Made by a program: the position numbers and the translations under genes. Shown one piece after another: positions 1-14,060 of a stretch of DNA of 64,000 bases. The notes under the pieces are model-generated. The model did not search any database. It was given only the letters and a program-made list of their open reading frames with translations, and was not told where the DNA came from. This DNA is from the human T2T-CHM13v2.0 reference genome, Homo sapiens. The first letter of the stretch is position 1; each line of letters begins with the position of its first letter. The DNA lies in NCBI RefSeq assembly GCF_009914755.1, contig NC_060930.1. One strand, given 5' to 3'.

Positions 1-1404
1 TCAGGGGAGTGCAGGAAATCAAATCCAGTGGGGCAAAATGTGACTATTAATGATAAAGTTGAGAGGGAAAATACAGAAAAGTCTTTAAGAAATGTAGTTA
101 TAAAGAGGAAAAGAGAAGGAAAATGGCAGCTAACAAGGTCTAGGCTAGGGAATGGTTTTTTTAAGGATAAGAAACATATGAGGATACTTCAATACCACCG
201 AGAATGTACAAAAAGAGGGACAGAGACAGATATACAAATAAAGAGAGGAAAGAGAGCAGGTGAGCTTATCCTCTGAAATGGCAGAAATCAAAGTAAAATC
301 TAATGCCAAGGCAAGTGATATCTAAGACAATGATCATAAAACTGAGACGTATCTGAAGATAATCTCTATGTTTTCTGTGAAGTAGAAGTCCCAGTTCTGA
401 CATAGCAGTAGAGTCAGGGAGAAGAGTGATACATGCAAAAGAGTGATATGCTTTACATTAGCCATTACTAGCAATAAGAAAGACAGGGATGGGTGAAGAA
501 AAGAAAGAAGAGTAGGAAGTAGGAAAGGGCATGCATATTATGAAAATCTTTTCTCTCACCTCTGTCCCCAGTCCCCACCACAGAGGCAATTACTGTCACT
601 AATTTATTGTGTATTTTTCCAGAGGTATTCTATTCCAATACAAGCAAATATCTATATTTATCCCTTTTTACATTTTTACATATGGTGCATACCATACACA
701 TTTACCTTGTTTTGGATAATTTAAATATACATAGGTATACTGCTACTCTCCCAATCCCTGAGATACCATCATTAACTCCTCCCTATCTACAAACAAGATG
801 ATCATGTCAGAGATGTTAATTGTCTTGCTCAAGATTCTTAGCTGACAAATAAGTAGTGAAGCAGGAAAAACAGATTCCACCATTATATCCATATAATAGA
901 TCTGTATTACATTTGGAACTGTTCTCTCAACCAGAAATTAAATCTAAGAGAAAAATACACTTGGAAATTTAACCTCAGAGTGAGTGACTTGAATGCTCCA
1001 ACTATGCTGTCATCATCATGAAATATTCTACTGCTGTGTTCTATTACTGTTTTGAAACTGTGTCAAAGACCAATTGATAGATAGTCCAGTCAGAAGATCT
1101 CAGCTGTGTATGGATATCAAGAGGCACTTAGCTCTAGGAAGGTAGCCTTCTTATGCCTCTTACAGAATTTCTCTCTCCAATTTAGTTGGAGACACAGTGG
1201 CCCTGCCTGCCAATTTTAGATCACTCTCCCGCTACAATTTACATAATTTACATTTTAACCTTACTTATCTACCGAAACAGGCCAATGACCCTCCTCAAAC
1301 AGCTGTGCGTTCTATTTCCTGAGTTTCTGCACTTGTTTCTTTCACTTGAAACTGCCCCTAACACTGCCTCACTTGGACAGCTTCTTTATCTTTCCAAACA
1401 TAGA

Positions 1405-3340
<1,936 letters not shown>

Positions 3341-4789
3341 AGAAGATTAGATGAATGGGGACAGTGGCTGAAAGAGTATGTAGAGCAAATAAATGTGCTT
3401 CTTCTACAGGCTGGAGTCACTTGAGTGTGTCTGTATCCCATGCTCCTTCCTCCAGAGTGGCTGACGTGGCCCTCGGTGCCTGGCTTGGGCTCACACCCTA
3501 TGCAGTTTCTATGCAAATCAAGCATACCTCCTTCTAGGATGTGCCTCACTTTGCTGTGATTGTTCTGAATGTACCGGCATTCTCGAGCCTCTGTCTGTCA
3601 CTCAGCAGTCCTCCCTTGGGGGTGGGTGACAGGTTAGGTTCCCACTTACTAATGAGCTCATTTACATTCGTGTAGCTTCCAGTATCTGCATCTTTAAGTA
3701 AATCTCTATATTTGGTTCAAAAGATGAGAAGGTAAGCAGTCAGTTATCTGAAAAAGCCTGATATTCCCCACCTCTCAACCCCTCCAAAACACATAGTCTG
3801 ATATGTGACTTGCTGTGAAAAAGAAAAACATCCTTTTGGAAATTGTTCTTCACAAGAGGAAACACTGCTCTGGCTGAAAGGTGATATTGTTAGCATATAA
3901 ACTGTACATTGCATTCTACTGGAGGTTTTCAGTGTGCACAAGATTTGGTCACAAAGAACAAGTTTGTCCTTGTATAGACTTGAACAAGTGTGTGTGTGTT
4001 TAATTCTAAGGACACCAGAGTTTTCAAATGTTGCTTCTTTACTGGTTTTGTTAGCTTGAGAATGGGCTCTGTCCTGACCTTGCATATACTTAGCATGTTC
4101 CCAGCAGCAGCATCTTGGCAGGGCCCTGCCAGGAAGCGAAGAAACCACACAGCCCTTCATTTGTTTCTAGGACAACGCGTAGTAAGTACGTAGGATGCGT
4201 CTGGCTGCCTCCCAGCTGTGTACATTTGCTGTCAGAGTATGCTGGTGGCCCAAGAGTGATTTCAGAAGAAAGGGCTGCCTGTCAGCTCTGAGGAAATGGT
4301 ATCAAACAAATAAACTGCTCCCAGACCCCTAGGTCAGCCCATGGTGTTGGGTCTCCACTCCAACAGCTAATTCTTCTGTCCTCTCTTGCCATTGATTGGC
4401 ACGATGAACGCAGGAAGCAGGTGAGAGAAGATGGAGCAACTGAGGGGCTGTGTTCTGACAAGGAGGGTGTGAGAGAGCTACAAGGACCTCTCCATCCTCA
4501 GGGCTCCAATTAAATGACTTCCTTCCCTAGGGCTAAAGACAGGTCATGAAGGATAAAATTACCAACCCAGGAAAGAGAAGACGTTTATAGCTTCTGCTAC
4601 TTTTACAAAAATAGATGAAAGGAAAGATTGTTTTTTCCACCCTTTGCAGCCTGTGAACTTCCTTAGCCCTGTGCATAACTTGCTCATTTTTCCAGAAATA
4701 GGAGACTTGTGGTTGTCAAGTGCATTGTACATACTGCTTACAAGGCGACACTCTCTACCTTAGAGAGATGTTTTGCTGAAGCTTCTCCT

Positions 4790-4890
4790 TATTCTTGCCT
4801 TTCTTCCCTTCCTCATTTGTTCCCTCCTTTCTCTCTTCCTTTTCTTTATCTTTTTGTTTTTTCTTTCATTTTTTCTCTCTCTTTCTTTCA
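4790..4890. repeat. CT-rich low-complexity tract (probable decayed L1 tail)
   Basis: Near-pure pyrimidine run abutting the L1M 3' end. Confidence 0.7.
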
Positions 4891-5595
4891 GCTTCGTGAG
4901 ATATAATTTGCATAATATAAATTCACTTTTTATAGAATTATGCAACCAATACCATAATTCAATTTTAAAACATTTCCATCACCCTCAAAACAGCCCTTCT
5001 ATCTATCAGCAACCACTCTCCATTCCCAACTCCAGGCAACTGTTAGTCTACTTTCTGTCTCTACGGATTTGCCTTTATGGGACTTTTCATATAAATCGAA
5101 TCATATATAGTATATATATATATACATAGTGGGTGTGTTTGTATCTGACTTCTTTCACTTAGCATAATGTTGTTAAGTTTCATCCATGTTCATTCATGTT
5201 GTTGCATGTGTGAGTACGTCGTTTCTTTCTATTGCTGAATAATATTCTTTGGTATTGAAATACTACATGTTGTTTATCCATTTTTCAGTTTACTGGCATT
5301 TGAATTGACTCCACTTTTTGATGACCATAAATAGTGCTGCTATGAACATATGTACAAGCATTTACGAGAACATGTTTTTATTTCTCTTGGGTAGATACTT
5401 AGGGATGGAGTTGCTAGGTTGTATTGTAAATTTATCGTCAACATTTTAAAAATTGCCAACTGTTTTCCAAAGTCACTGCACAATTTTACATTTCCATCAG
5501 CAATGGATGAGAGTTTATACACATGATCATCAATGCTTGCTATTGTCTGTCTTCTGGATTGCAGCCAGCCTGGTGGGGTGAAGTGGTATTGTAAC
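4890..5595 (-). mobile_element. Old L1 (L1MB/L1ME-type) 3' end
   Basis: Motifs 'gagatataatttgcataa', 'ttctttcacttagcataatgtt', 'gtttttccaaag...catttccatcagcaat' typical of L1M 3' ends. Confidence 0.75.
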
Positions 5596-5782
5596 ATTTC
5601 TTATAGGAGTCAGATTGAAGAAACCAAGTTTCTAGGTTTGGCTGGCTTGGTAAGGAGACACTCTGAGATGTAGAGACCAAACAAAATGAGGATAAAGTAA
5701 TGACTAACATGACAAGTGGTTACGGTTTTTAAAAGAAATGCTGAAAAGGATTTATTAATTTTAAGGATCAATAGTCATGAAC

Positions 5783-6078
5783 AGGCTGCACCCCATGACT
5801 CATGCCTGTAATCCCAGCACTTTGGGAGGCCGAGGGGGTGGATCACTTGAGGTCAGGAGTTCAAGACCAGCCTGGCCAACATGGTGAAACCCCGTCTCTA
5901 CTAAAAAAACAAAAATTAGCCAGGCATGGTGGCATAGACCTGTAATCCCAGCTACTTGGGAGGCTGAGGTAGGAGAATCACTGAACCCAGGAGGCAGAGG
6001 CTACAGCAAGCCAAGATCGTGCCACTGCACTCCAACCTGGGTGACAGACAGAGACTCTGACTCAAAAGAAAAAAAAAA
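5783..6078 (+). mobile_element. AluS element
   Basis: Full dimeric Alu with A-tail. Confidence 0.93.
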
Positions 6079-6113
6079 GCAGTGAACAATTCATATATAC
6101 TCTTATTCTCCAA

Positions 6114-6273
6114 AGGGAGAGAGAGAGGGGGTGAGAGAAAGAAGAGGAAGAAGAAGAAGAAGGAGGAGTAGAAGGAGGAAGAGGAGGAGAAAGAGGAGAA
6201 GAGAGAGGGAGAAGAGGGAGGGAGAACAGGAGGGGGAGAAAAAGAAGAAGATAAAAAATAAAAAGAAGAAGAA
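6114..6273. repeat. Polypurine (GA/GAA/GGA) low-complexity repeat
   Basis: ~160 bp almost entirely A/G. Confidence 0.9.
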
Positions 6274-8743
6274 TCAATTTATCATATCTCTCTCCTTGCT
6301 TCCTTATGGTACACACCCCTATCTCCTATTCTAGCAGTACCAGGTTGTACATTTACATCTTTTGGGACAACTGAGATATCAACTATGCTCACCATCTGGT
6401 TTGTTACTCCAGAACACTAGTAAGTGGGATGTATGTCAGGTTTTCTCTGTACCAGTTGTAATCAGTACATGTGGTAACCGCACTGAGATATTCTGACTCG
6501 AGGAGATACTTCACAGCTGGTAAACTGATAAGCTAGTCAAATTTAATAATTCTAATTTCTGTTTTTCCACATACTTATAATTTTCCCCAGTAAGTATTAT
6601 GTTGATCTTGTGTTATTAATAAAAATTATAGGGTGTTTTGATCATTTTTGTGACTGCTGGGACAGTTCTTAATCTTCCATGCTTTTTAAAGAATTTTGAT
6701 AAAGCAAAGCACTACTAATTTTCAGACAGCTACATCTGCTTAGCTTATATAATTAGGTTTTTATAAGTTTCTTTCAAATTTTGTCTGTGCCTCCCAGTAA
6801 ATTGTTTGAAAACTCACTGGTTAAAAATGACAATTTCTCACCATTAGTTCACACATTTTGAATGTTTGTGTATCCTGGAGTGGTCTTACCACTTTTAAAT
6901 CAGCTTTTCCTAAGTCAATTAGCTTTAAAAAATTATAAACTTATTTATGTCTACTGATGTTTACCTGCTTAGCACTAGTCTAAATTGTTCTTCAAATGTA
7001 TTTTTATATTCTTTTTATTTTTTATTCAAGAAAGAAAAAAATAAAACCTCTAAGAGGAATGAAGCCCTATTTTTATTGTAGTTTTTGATGGATATTACTG
7101 AAAAGAACATACAAATCGTAATTGTTTTCCTAACGTGGGAAAGCAAAACCTAGAAAAGTACCACCTTAATCTGCAATTAAATGAACTATAGTGTATTCAT
7201 TCAATACAATTTCATTTTATCATTTCTTTAATGACAGCAAATTTGTTATGTATAAGTTTACAAACTTGTTCTCATATTTTAAAAGCATGAAAGCAAGTTT
7301 CAGAGAAGTATGGGTAGCATGATTCTATTTGCATGCAAATGGTATAGACATATATATCTTTGCTTATGCAGAAGAACTCTTTGGAGGTACCCGCACCTGT
7401 TAACAGCAGCAATCCTGGGGCATAAAATGAAGATATTTTCTATAATGCTCTGACATTTGATTTTACTGAAATTGGATTTTTTTCTAATAAAAGCTTCAAA
7501 CAAAATTCCATGTTTCCAAAGAACAGGGGTATCTCCTTAAATTTTAGCATATCTGTTTAGTTCACCTATCTCTTCATACACTTTTGGTAATGCTCATCAA
7601 TGGATGGGGCCTGTACTGTGGCTGAATGTGATTAGGTCTTTTTACAGAAAGCTTTATTATTACTTACTGCTCCAGTAAAATTAAAATAACCAAGTGTCCA
7701 TTCTAATATTTTTCAAAGACTCCACTCTACTTAATTTCTCTTATCTCTTCCCACACCCAAGGCCATGCCTTCATCTCTAGCAGTGCAAACCTACCTGATA
7801 TGCCCTCAGAGCATATTTCTCTATTTGTTTTAGTCAAACCACTCATTCCTCTTCTGCAAAGCCTTACTTACAGCTCCCCTCTCTATGCAGCATTCCCATC
7901 GCCTTTGACCCTGAGACCACGGTTATCACTGTGACCACTGCGCAATACTGCTTCTTCCTCTCTCCTTCACATATCACTCAAGTTTGACCTTCTAGCCCAG
8001 AAAGCACACAGACAGCCTAACCTCAGAAATACTACTATTTAGTTCCACATGGGTTTGCAGAGCTTTCTGGTTACAACACATTTTGAAGAGAGACCTTTAG
8101 ATTTTGTCTTATCTCAAAGTTCAGGTAAGCAAATTAAGCTCAAAAAATCATTTCTGGGAGAACATCAATCTTTGGAAATTTTTTTCAGCCATTTCATATT
8201 GAGGCATTCGTGTTTTTTACTTTGCTTGTATTAAATAAAATCTAATCGCTGAAGAGGTTTTTCAGTATTCTTAAATGGTTCTACTTTGAGATTTAAATGT
8301 TTTTGCTTATAGACCATACCATAAACCCTTGTTACTTGTGTTTGGTTGGTTCATTTGTCTTCTGCCTAGCACCACTAAGCCCAGTATTCCAATATTAGCT
8401 GATCTCCTTAGTCCTTCCATGGCTACGGACTACGCAAATGCATGCCCTTGGTCAAAAGTAGGTGTGGCAGGAAGAAAGCCAAGGAAAACACTGAGAGGAG
8501 CTGGGGAACAGATGTGATTATTACTTTGACACTTTAAAATGTGCCCTAGTTTGCTTTAAGTACCTCATTCATAAACAAATAGTTTCAAACATTATTGGGC
8601 ATTTCATGGGCACTTTATGAGTATTTTCAAGGCTGCATCAATTAAGCAAGCAGCTAATCATTTCATCCACCTTTTTCAGGGTATGTCAGAGGAGATGTGG
8701 ACAGATAAGATATATGGACAAATTATTAACTATGTGAAATAAT

Positions 8744-8795
8744 TTCCCTAGAAATACCTAACTCATGTAAGCAAGTGTTAGGTATTTCTAGGGAA
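8744..8795. repeat. Perfect 19-bp inverted repeat with 14-nt spacer
   Basis: ttccctagaaatacctaac (8744-8762) and gttaggtatttctagggaa (8777-8795). Confidence 0.9.
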
Positions 8796-9559
8796 GAAAT
8801 GTAACTTTTTCTCTGAGAGACTGGGAATATATTCATAGTTAAAGGGACACTTGGCCTGGACTTCGAAGGATGGATACAATTTCAATAGACAGGTGAAAAG
8901 TGTCTTATGAATCACATGGCACAAAGGCAGAAAAATGATGAGGCATTTTCAGGGAATTTTTGGTAGTTATTTTGACTGAAGCAAGAAGTTTGAATAGCGA
9001 AAAGGCAAGTAAAGTTGGTCAATAAAGATGTTGCAGAACCTTCAATGTCAGACGAAGGAGGTGCACATCTTGCTATAGAGAATAGAAAATCATGCCATAT
9101 CATTGAGATGATCAGCTTATGACAAGATGGCAGCAACATGTCCCCTGGACTGGAGGGCAGGAGGCCTTGGGGACCCAGAGAAAACAGACTTCTCCGTTGC
9201 AACTGTATGTGAGGGGAAGAAAGATCGTTGCCTGAGCTAGGACAGTGTCCATGAAAACACAAAGGAAAAGACCACTGTGAAAAATGGTGTGAAGAAGTAA
9301 CGGAAGGGATTTCATAGCAGGTAGGATGTGCCAGGCAGGGTAGAGAGCAAAGGCAAGAGGACCTCAGATCTGCAAATCCGGATGACTATGGTAATATTTT
9401 TGTTAGTAAGTTGAGCGGAGAAATCAGCGAGAGGAGAGAAAATACCCAGTTCAGTTTTTGACATGTGTTATTTTAAGTGATCGGAAGAGGAAATTTCGGC
9501 AGGCATTTAGAAATGCGTTTGCCTAATGTAATTTAAGCGTCCATTTTTTACAAAGTTAA

Positions 9560-10400
9560 TTAAATTTCCTTCACTCGGGGTCCTTCCCTCCCGGGAAAAG
9601 TGAGCATGAGTCACACTGAGAAGCTCCTGCCTGGAGGAAACTGCAGATTCCATTGCTGTGAGGCCAATTGTTTCCGTGCAAAGTGACAAACGAGGTAACA
9701 TGAACCTTCCAAAGCCAACTGGGTTGTCTTTGTCTTTCCGTGCCAGGTAAGAAGAAGAGGACAAGCCCTGCCCAGTCCCAAGAAGTGTTAACAGGCGCTG
9801 GAGCTTTATCTGCGGCTGCACTCGCTTCTCCCTCCTGCAGACATTCTTGCTGCTTTCCGGTCCCACGGGACGGCTCCCAGGCTCCCGCCTCACGGCAAGA
9901 AAAATAAAGGCCTCCCCGCACAGCCAGCCAGCTTCGTTCATTCACGTCACCGACAAACACTCCTAGCAGGCGTTGTTAAACGTTCAGGGAGCGCCCGGGA
10001 CCTAGCCGAGGCCCCCTCCTGGCTGTGCCGCGGGGGGATGCGCAGCCCCTCGCACCGACTGCGGGAAGGAGAGTGTGGGTGGCCGGCGCGCCCGGTCCAG
10101 CTGCCGGCCTCTCGGGAGAACAATGCGTCTGTCACACAGTGACTGATAGGGCAGCGAGCGCTGAAAGGGAGGCGCACGTCTGTCCTGTCTTCCCACCAGG
10201 CTGGCTTGTGCACCTCCCACTGCTCTTAGGCAAAGAGCCAGCAACAGGGCCCCTGGACGATTCTTGCAAAGACGTACGCAGTCAAGGCGTAGGAACAGCC
10301 AGGGCTGACTTTTGCTGCTGACTACACCCAGGGGGTGGGGATGCCCAGGCAGAAATGCAGCCACCGCCTTCACGCAACTCCAGGCCTTGGGTCCTGCCCT
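9560..10400. promoter_or_regulatory. CpG-rich promoter/enhancer-like element (small CpG island)
   Basis: Non-repeat GC/CpG-rich block in AT-rich surroundings; AP-1 TGAGTCA 9607-9613, ETS TTCCGG ~9855, CRE-like TCACGTCA 9942-9949. Confidence 0.7.
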
Positions 10401-11797
10401 CCTCCAGCCGCCCACAGCCCCTCTTTCAGGAGAGGCTGGAGGGCATGAGGACTGATAAACTCGCCTGCCATTGTCTCCAAGGGCGACCCTGCAGGAGGTC
10501 AGGCTGCCTGATTATCGCTCAGGAATCCTGCTGTCGGCTATTCCTGGCTCTGACCCTCACCTGCTCTCTAACCTCAGGCAGTCCCCTTTGACTGCCCTTA
10601 TGCTCAATTTCCCCTTTTCGTCAATACTCAGATGCCCTCTGCGACATAAACCAGGGGCCATTTGGCAAAATATCAGTGACTCCCACCCCTGGGAGAAGGC
10701 TAGTGTTTTGAACGATTCATTTTAAAGAACAAAATCCTGTTAATTACTTTTCAACGTGAATATAAGCATACACACAATATACATATTCGTATATATTTTC
10801 ATAGGATTCTTTCACATACACATATATTTACTACTAATAAGTAAACTATAAACGTTCCTTCAGGAGCTAGTAAAATAAACAAGACATATATAATAATTCA
10901 ATTGATCATTGGCAGTTCATTTAAGATTATTTATCCTTTTAAGCACAGTCCTACTGTAATCTGGTTGCCAGACCCCTCAGGTGCACTGTAATTCTCCTGA
11001 ACCCAAGTCAGTCTCAAAAATCCTTGTTACTGGGGTGGTGATTAGATTCCACAGAACATACAAGAAAACCTTCATCAAATTTTCAAAATTAGGTTAGGGA
11101 CAGAACGTATGAACGAAATGGTTCCCAGGAGTCTGAATTTCCAATTCAGTATTCTATTCGTATCACATGGCTTATTCAGGATCTGATTCTTCAGCTAGGT
11201 TATAATTTTCTAGAAGGCAAGACTATGCTGTACATCTTATTCTCAACACAGAGAACTGTGCCTTGCATACAGCTGGTGCTGAATAATGGCTGCTACTGAA
11301 CAAGTTGATTTCTCTAAAATCCCTGGAAAGAAAATGAGATGAGCAAAGAGAAATATGGCTTCATTTAGTGCTACAAAAGGAAAAATAAACTCCACTACTC
11401 TACAAAATACAAGTGAGACCTAAAAAAGAGGTAGGTGACAACTATACATGGATAACAACTAGAAACTTTGGTTATACTGGCACTTGCTGTAATTCTGAGA
11501 GACATTTCCATGGCCAGAAAAGAGCCTATGAGGTCAGTTTTAAGAGAAGAGTAATAGATGATGGCTTAGGAAAGTTTTTCTGGAAAAAAAAGAAGAGAAC
11601 TTCTGGCTTGATTTTGCAATACTATTATTATAAGTAGGTCGCAGATAAAAAACTGTCTGTGTCCAGACTATTCAGAAATCAAACTGTTGCCAGAAGAAAC
11701 TAAAGAAATGCTGCAAAATGTAAATCGGATGAGTGAGACTTTTGATTGTTTTAGTCAGAAAAATATAACTGTGGAGGAGACATGTATTAGAATAGGT

Positions 11798-11975
11798 CAC
11801 GTGGGTGAAGCTGGTGGACATTATGCTAAGTGAAATAAGCCAGGCACAGAAGACAAATACTGCATGATCTCACTCATATGTGGAATCTAAAAACATTAAA
11901 CTCGCAGAGACAGAGAGTACAATGGTGGCTGCCAGGGACAGGGGAGGGCGAAATAGCGTTATGTTGGCTGAAGTT
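11798..11975 (+). mobile_element. L1MA/MB 3' fragment
   Basis: 'ggacattatgctaagtgaaataagccaggcacagaagacaaatactgcatgatctcactc'. Confidence 0.8.
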
Positions 11976-12374
11976 TAAATACAAAAGATTTAAGGAAAAA
12001 AAAAAAGGCTAGAAAAGATGCTTTGGTGAAAAAAAAAGGCTAGAAAAGATTCTTTGGCAAAAAAAAAAAAGTTTTTAGAATGGAGAGTGCAAACCTATCA
12101 AATTTCAGTGGACGCGAAAGAAACAAATATCTTAGTGTAAGGTAAATAGTCCCACCTGGTAAGGAACGACAGAGTCAGTAGAGAGAACCAGACAATCAAG
12201 AAGGGGATAAAAGGACAACCACATTGAAGTTCTTTAGGATGACCACTGAAGATGAAAGGGAAGAAAGGGACCAAAGGTAAAAGACATTCAAAGGAGCACG
12301 GTGTAACCACTGCATTCTCCTCAGATGCGTCTTCTGAAGACGGTTATTTGAAAAGGACTCCCCATGTACAACTT

Positions 12375-12738
12375 TAATATGGTTTAGCTCTGTGTCCCCA
12401 CCAGAATCTCATCTCCAATTACCATCTCCAGGTGTTAAGGGAGGGGCCAGGTGGGAGGTGACTGGATCATGGAGGTGGTTTCCTCCATGCTATTCTTGTG
12501 ATAGTGAATTCTCACAAGATTTGATGGTTTTATAAGTGTTTGACAGTTCCTCCTTTATACTCGCTCTCTCTCTCCTGCCACCATGTAAGACGTACCTGCT
12601 TCCCCTTCCACCATGATTGTAAGTTTTCTGAGGCCTCCCCGGCCATGCAGAACTGTGAGTAAATTAAACTCCCTTTCTTTATAATTTACCCCATCTCATG
12701 TGGTGTTCTTCATAGCAATGTGAAAATGGACTAATATA
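12375..12738 (+). mobile_element. THE1D/MSTA-like MaLR solo LTR
   Basis: Starts taatatggtttagctctgtgtcccc, ends ggactaatata; 5-bp TSD aactt at 12370-12374 and 12739-12743. Confidence 0.9.
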
Positions 12739-13452
12739 AACTTCATGAGAAGGAGAGACAGAACATAGGGATATAGAACTACTACTCCCTTTTCTTTTTC
12801 TTTTATTTTCACTACAGGAGATGGAATTGGAAGAGAACACTGGACAGGGTTGAAGAAGGAAAATTCTCCCCTGTTGTGAACATGAATTAAGATGATGTTG
12901 CTACAAGTCCCCATTCCGTGAATCTGCCTGAACTGGGCAACTTGCTGCCTTTCAGTGAGTCAGGATGTTTTATTTCAGGCAGCAGGAGCTAAGGCAGCAA
13001 CCTCTGTGGTTGTGGGCTACAGAGAGCTCCTGTGCAAAACTACAGAATATGCAGAATTGGTCTTTGTGCTTCTTTTACCTCCCTTTCGGAATCTCTCTCC
13101 TACCTCTTGCTCTTTCCCCCATCTTCCAGATACTCAGCACCCCCATGCTCCTTTCAGAGACAAATATCTTTAGCTCCCTTCACAAAGCACTTCCACATAA
13201 AATAGCTTATTTGAGTTACACCTCAACAAGCAATTCAACATGTATGCTGTTAACAGTCCTACGTTACAGAAATGTTAAGAAGTTATTTGCCCCAAGGTCA
13301 TTAGGGAAGAAAATCTCAGAGCTGAGACTTGAACTCACATCCTCAGAAGTCCAATTCTCTTGGGAGCACTTTCCATGGAGGAATTCTAGTTCTGATATGA
13401 AACTGCTCATTCTCCACACTGCCACGGCAGTCAGATAATAAAAAGAAAATTG

Positions 13453-13588
13453 GGGCCAGGCACAGTGGCTCATGTCTGTAATGACAGCACTTTGGGAGGC
13501 CAAAGTGAGATGATAGCTTAAGGTCAAGAATTGGAGACCAGCCTGGGCAACAAGGCAAGATCCCCATCTCTACAAAAACAAAACAAGA
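13453..13588 (+). mobile_element. Alu left monomer (FLAM/AluJ-like)
   Basis: Single monomer with A-rich tail. Confidence 0.85.
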
Positions 13589-13871
13589 AGTTCAGGATTG
13601 CTGTGACATCTACTTTTCCCATTTGCTCACTTTTATAAGGAACTCTTGATTCCTCCAGGACTCAGCACAAACATTTATTACTCAGGCAAAAAGGCGGTTT
13701 GGCTCAGCAAGCTGGGAGTGTTAGAAACTGTGAATCACCAATGGAACAGGGAAGACATTCTGAAGTGAAAATGGGGAAGAACATGTGAGAGAAGGGAAAA
13801 GATAACAAAAAGCAGTGAAGCTGATTCCCTGATGAGAAGGATTGTGCTTGAGGGTGAATTTAAGGGGGTCT

Positions 13872-14021
13872 AGCTGGGCAAGGTGGCATGAGCCTACGAC
13901 TCCAGCTATTAAGGAGGCCTAGGAGGGAGGTTGGCTTGAGACCAGCGGTTCAAGGCTGCAGTGAGCTATGATCCCACCACTGTACTCCAGCCTGGGCAAC
14001 AGAGCAAGACCCCATCTCAAA

Positions 14022-14060
<39 letters not shown>
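13872..14060 (+). mobile_element. Alu right monomer (FRAM/AluJ-like) with (TAAA)n tail
   Basis: Right-arm sequence, (TAAA)~10 tail, degenerate TSD taagg(gg/a)gtcta. Confidence 0.85.

Noticed and set aside
4156-4187. Possible 11-nt microexon (tttctag|GACAACGCGTA|gtaagt)
   Set aside because: No gene context; such motifs occur by chance in 64 kb
9507-10725. Overlapping 78-144 aa ORFs at the CpG-rich element
   Set aside because: No recognisable domain; expected from GC-rich, stop-poor sequence
13453-14060. Left and right Alu monomers as one AluJ split by a 280-bp insertion
   Set aside because: The right monomer has its own degenerate TSD (taagg..gtcta), favouring independent insertions
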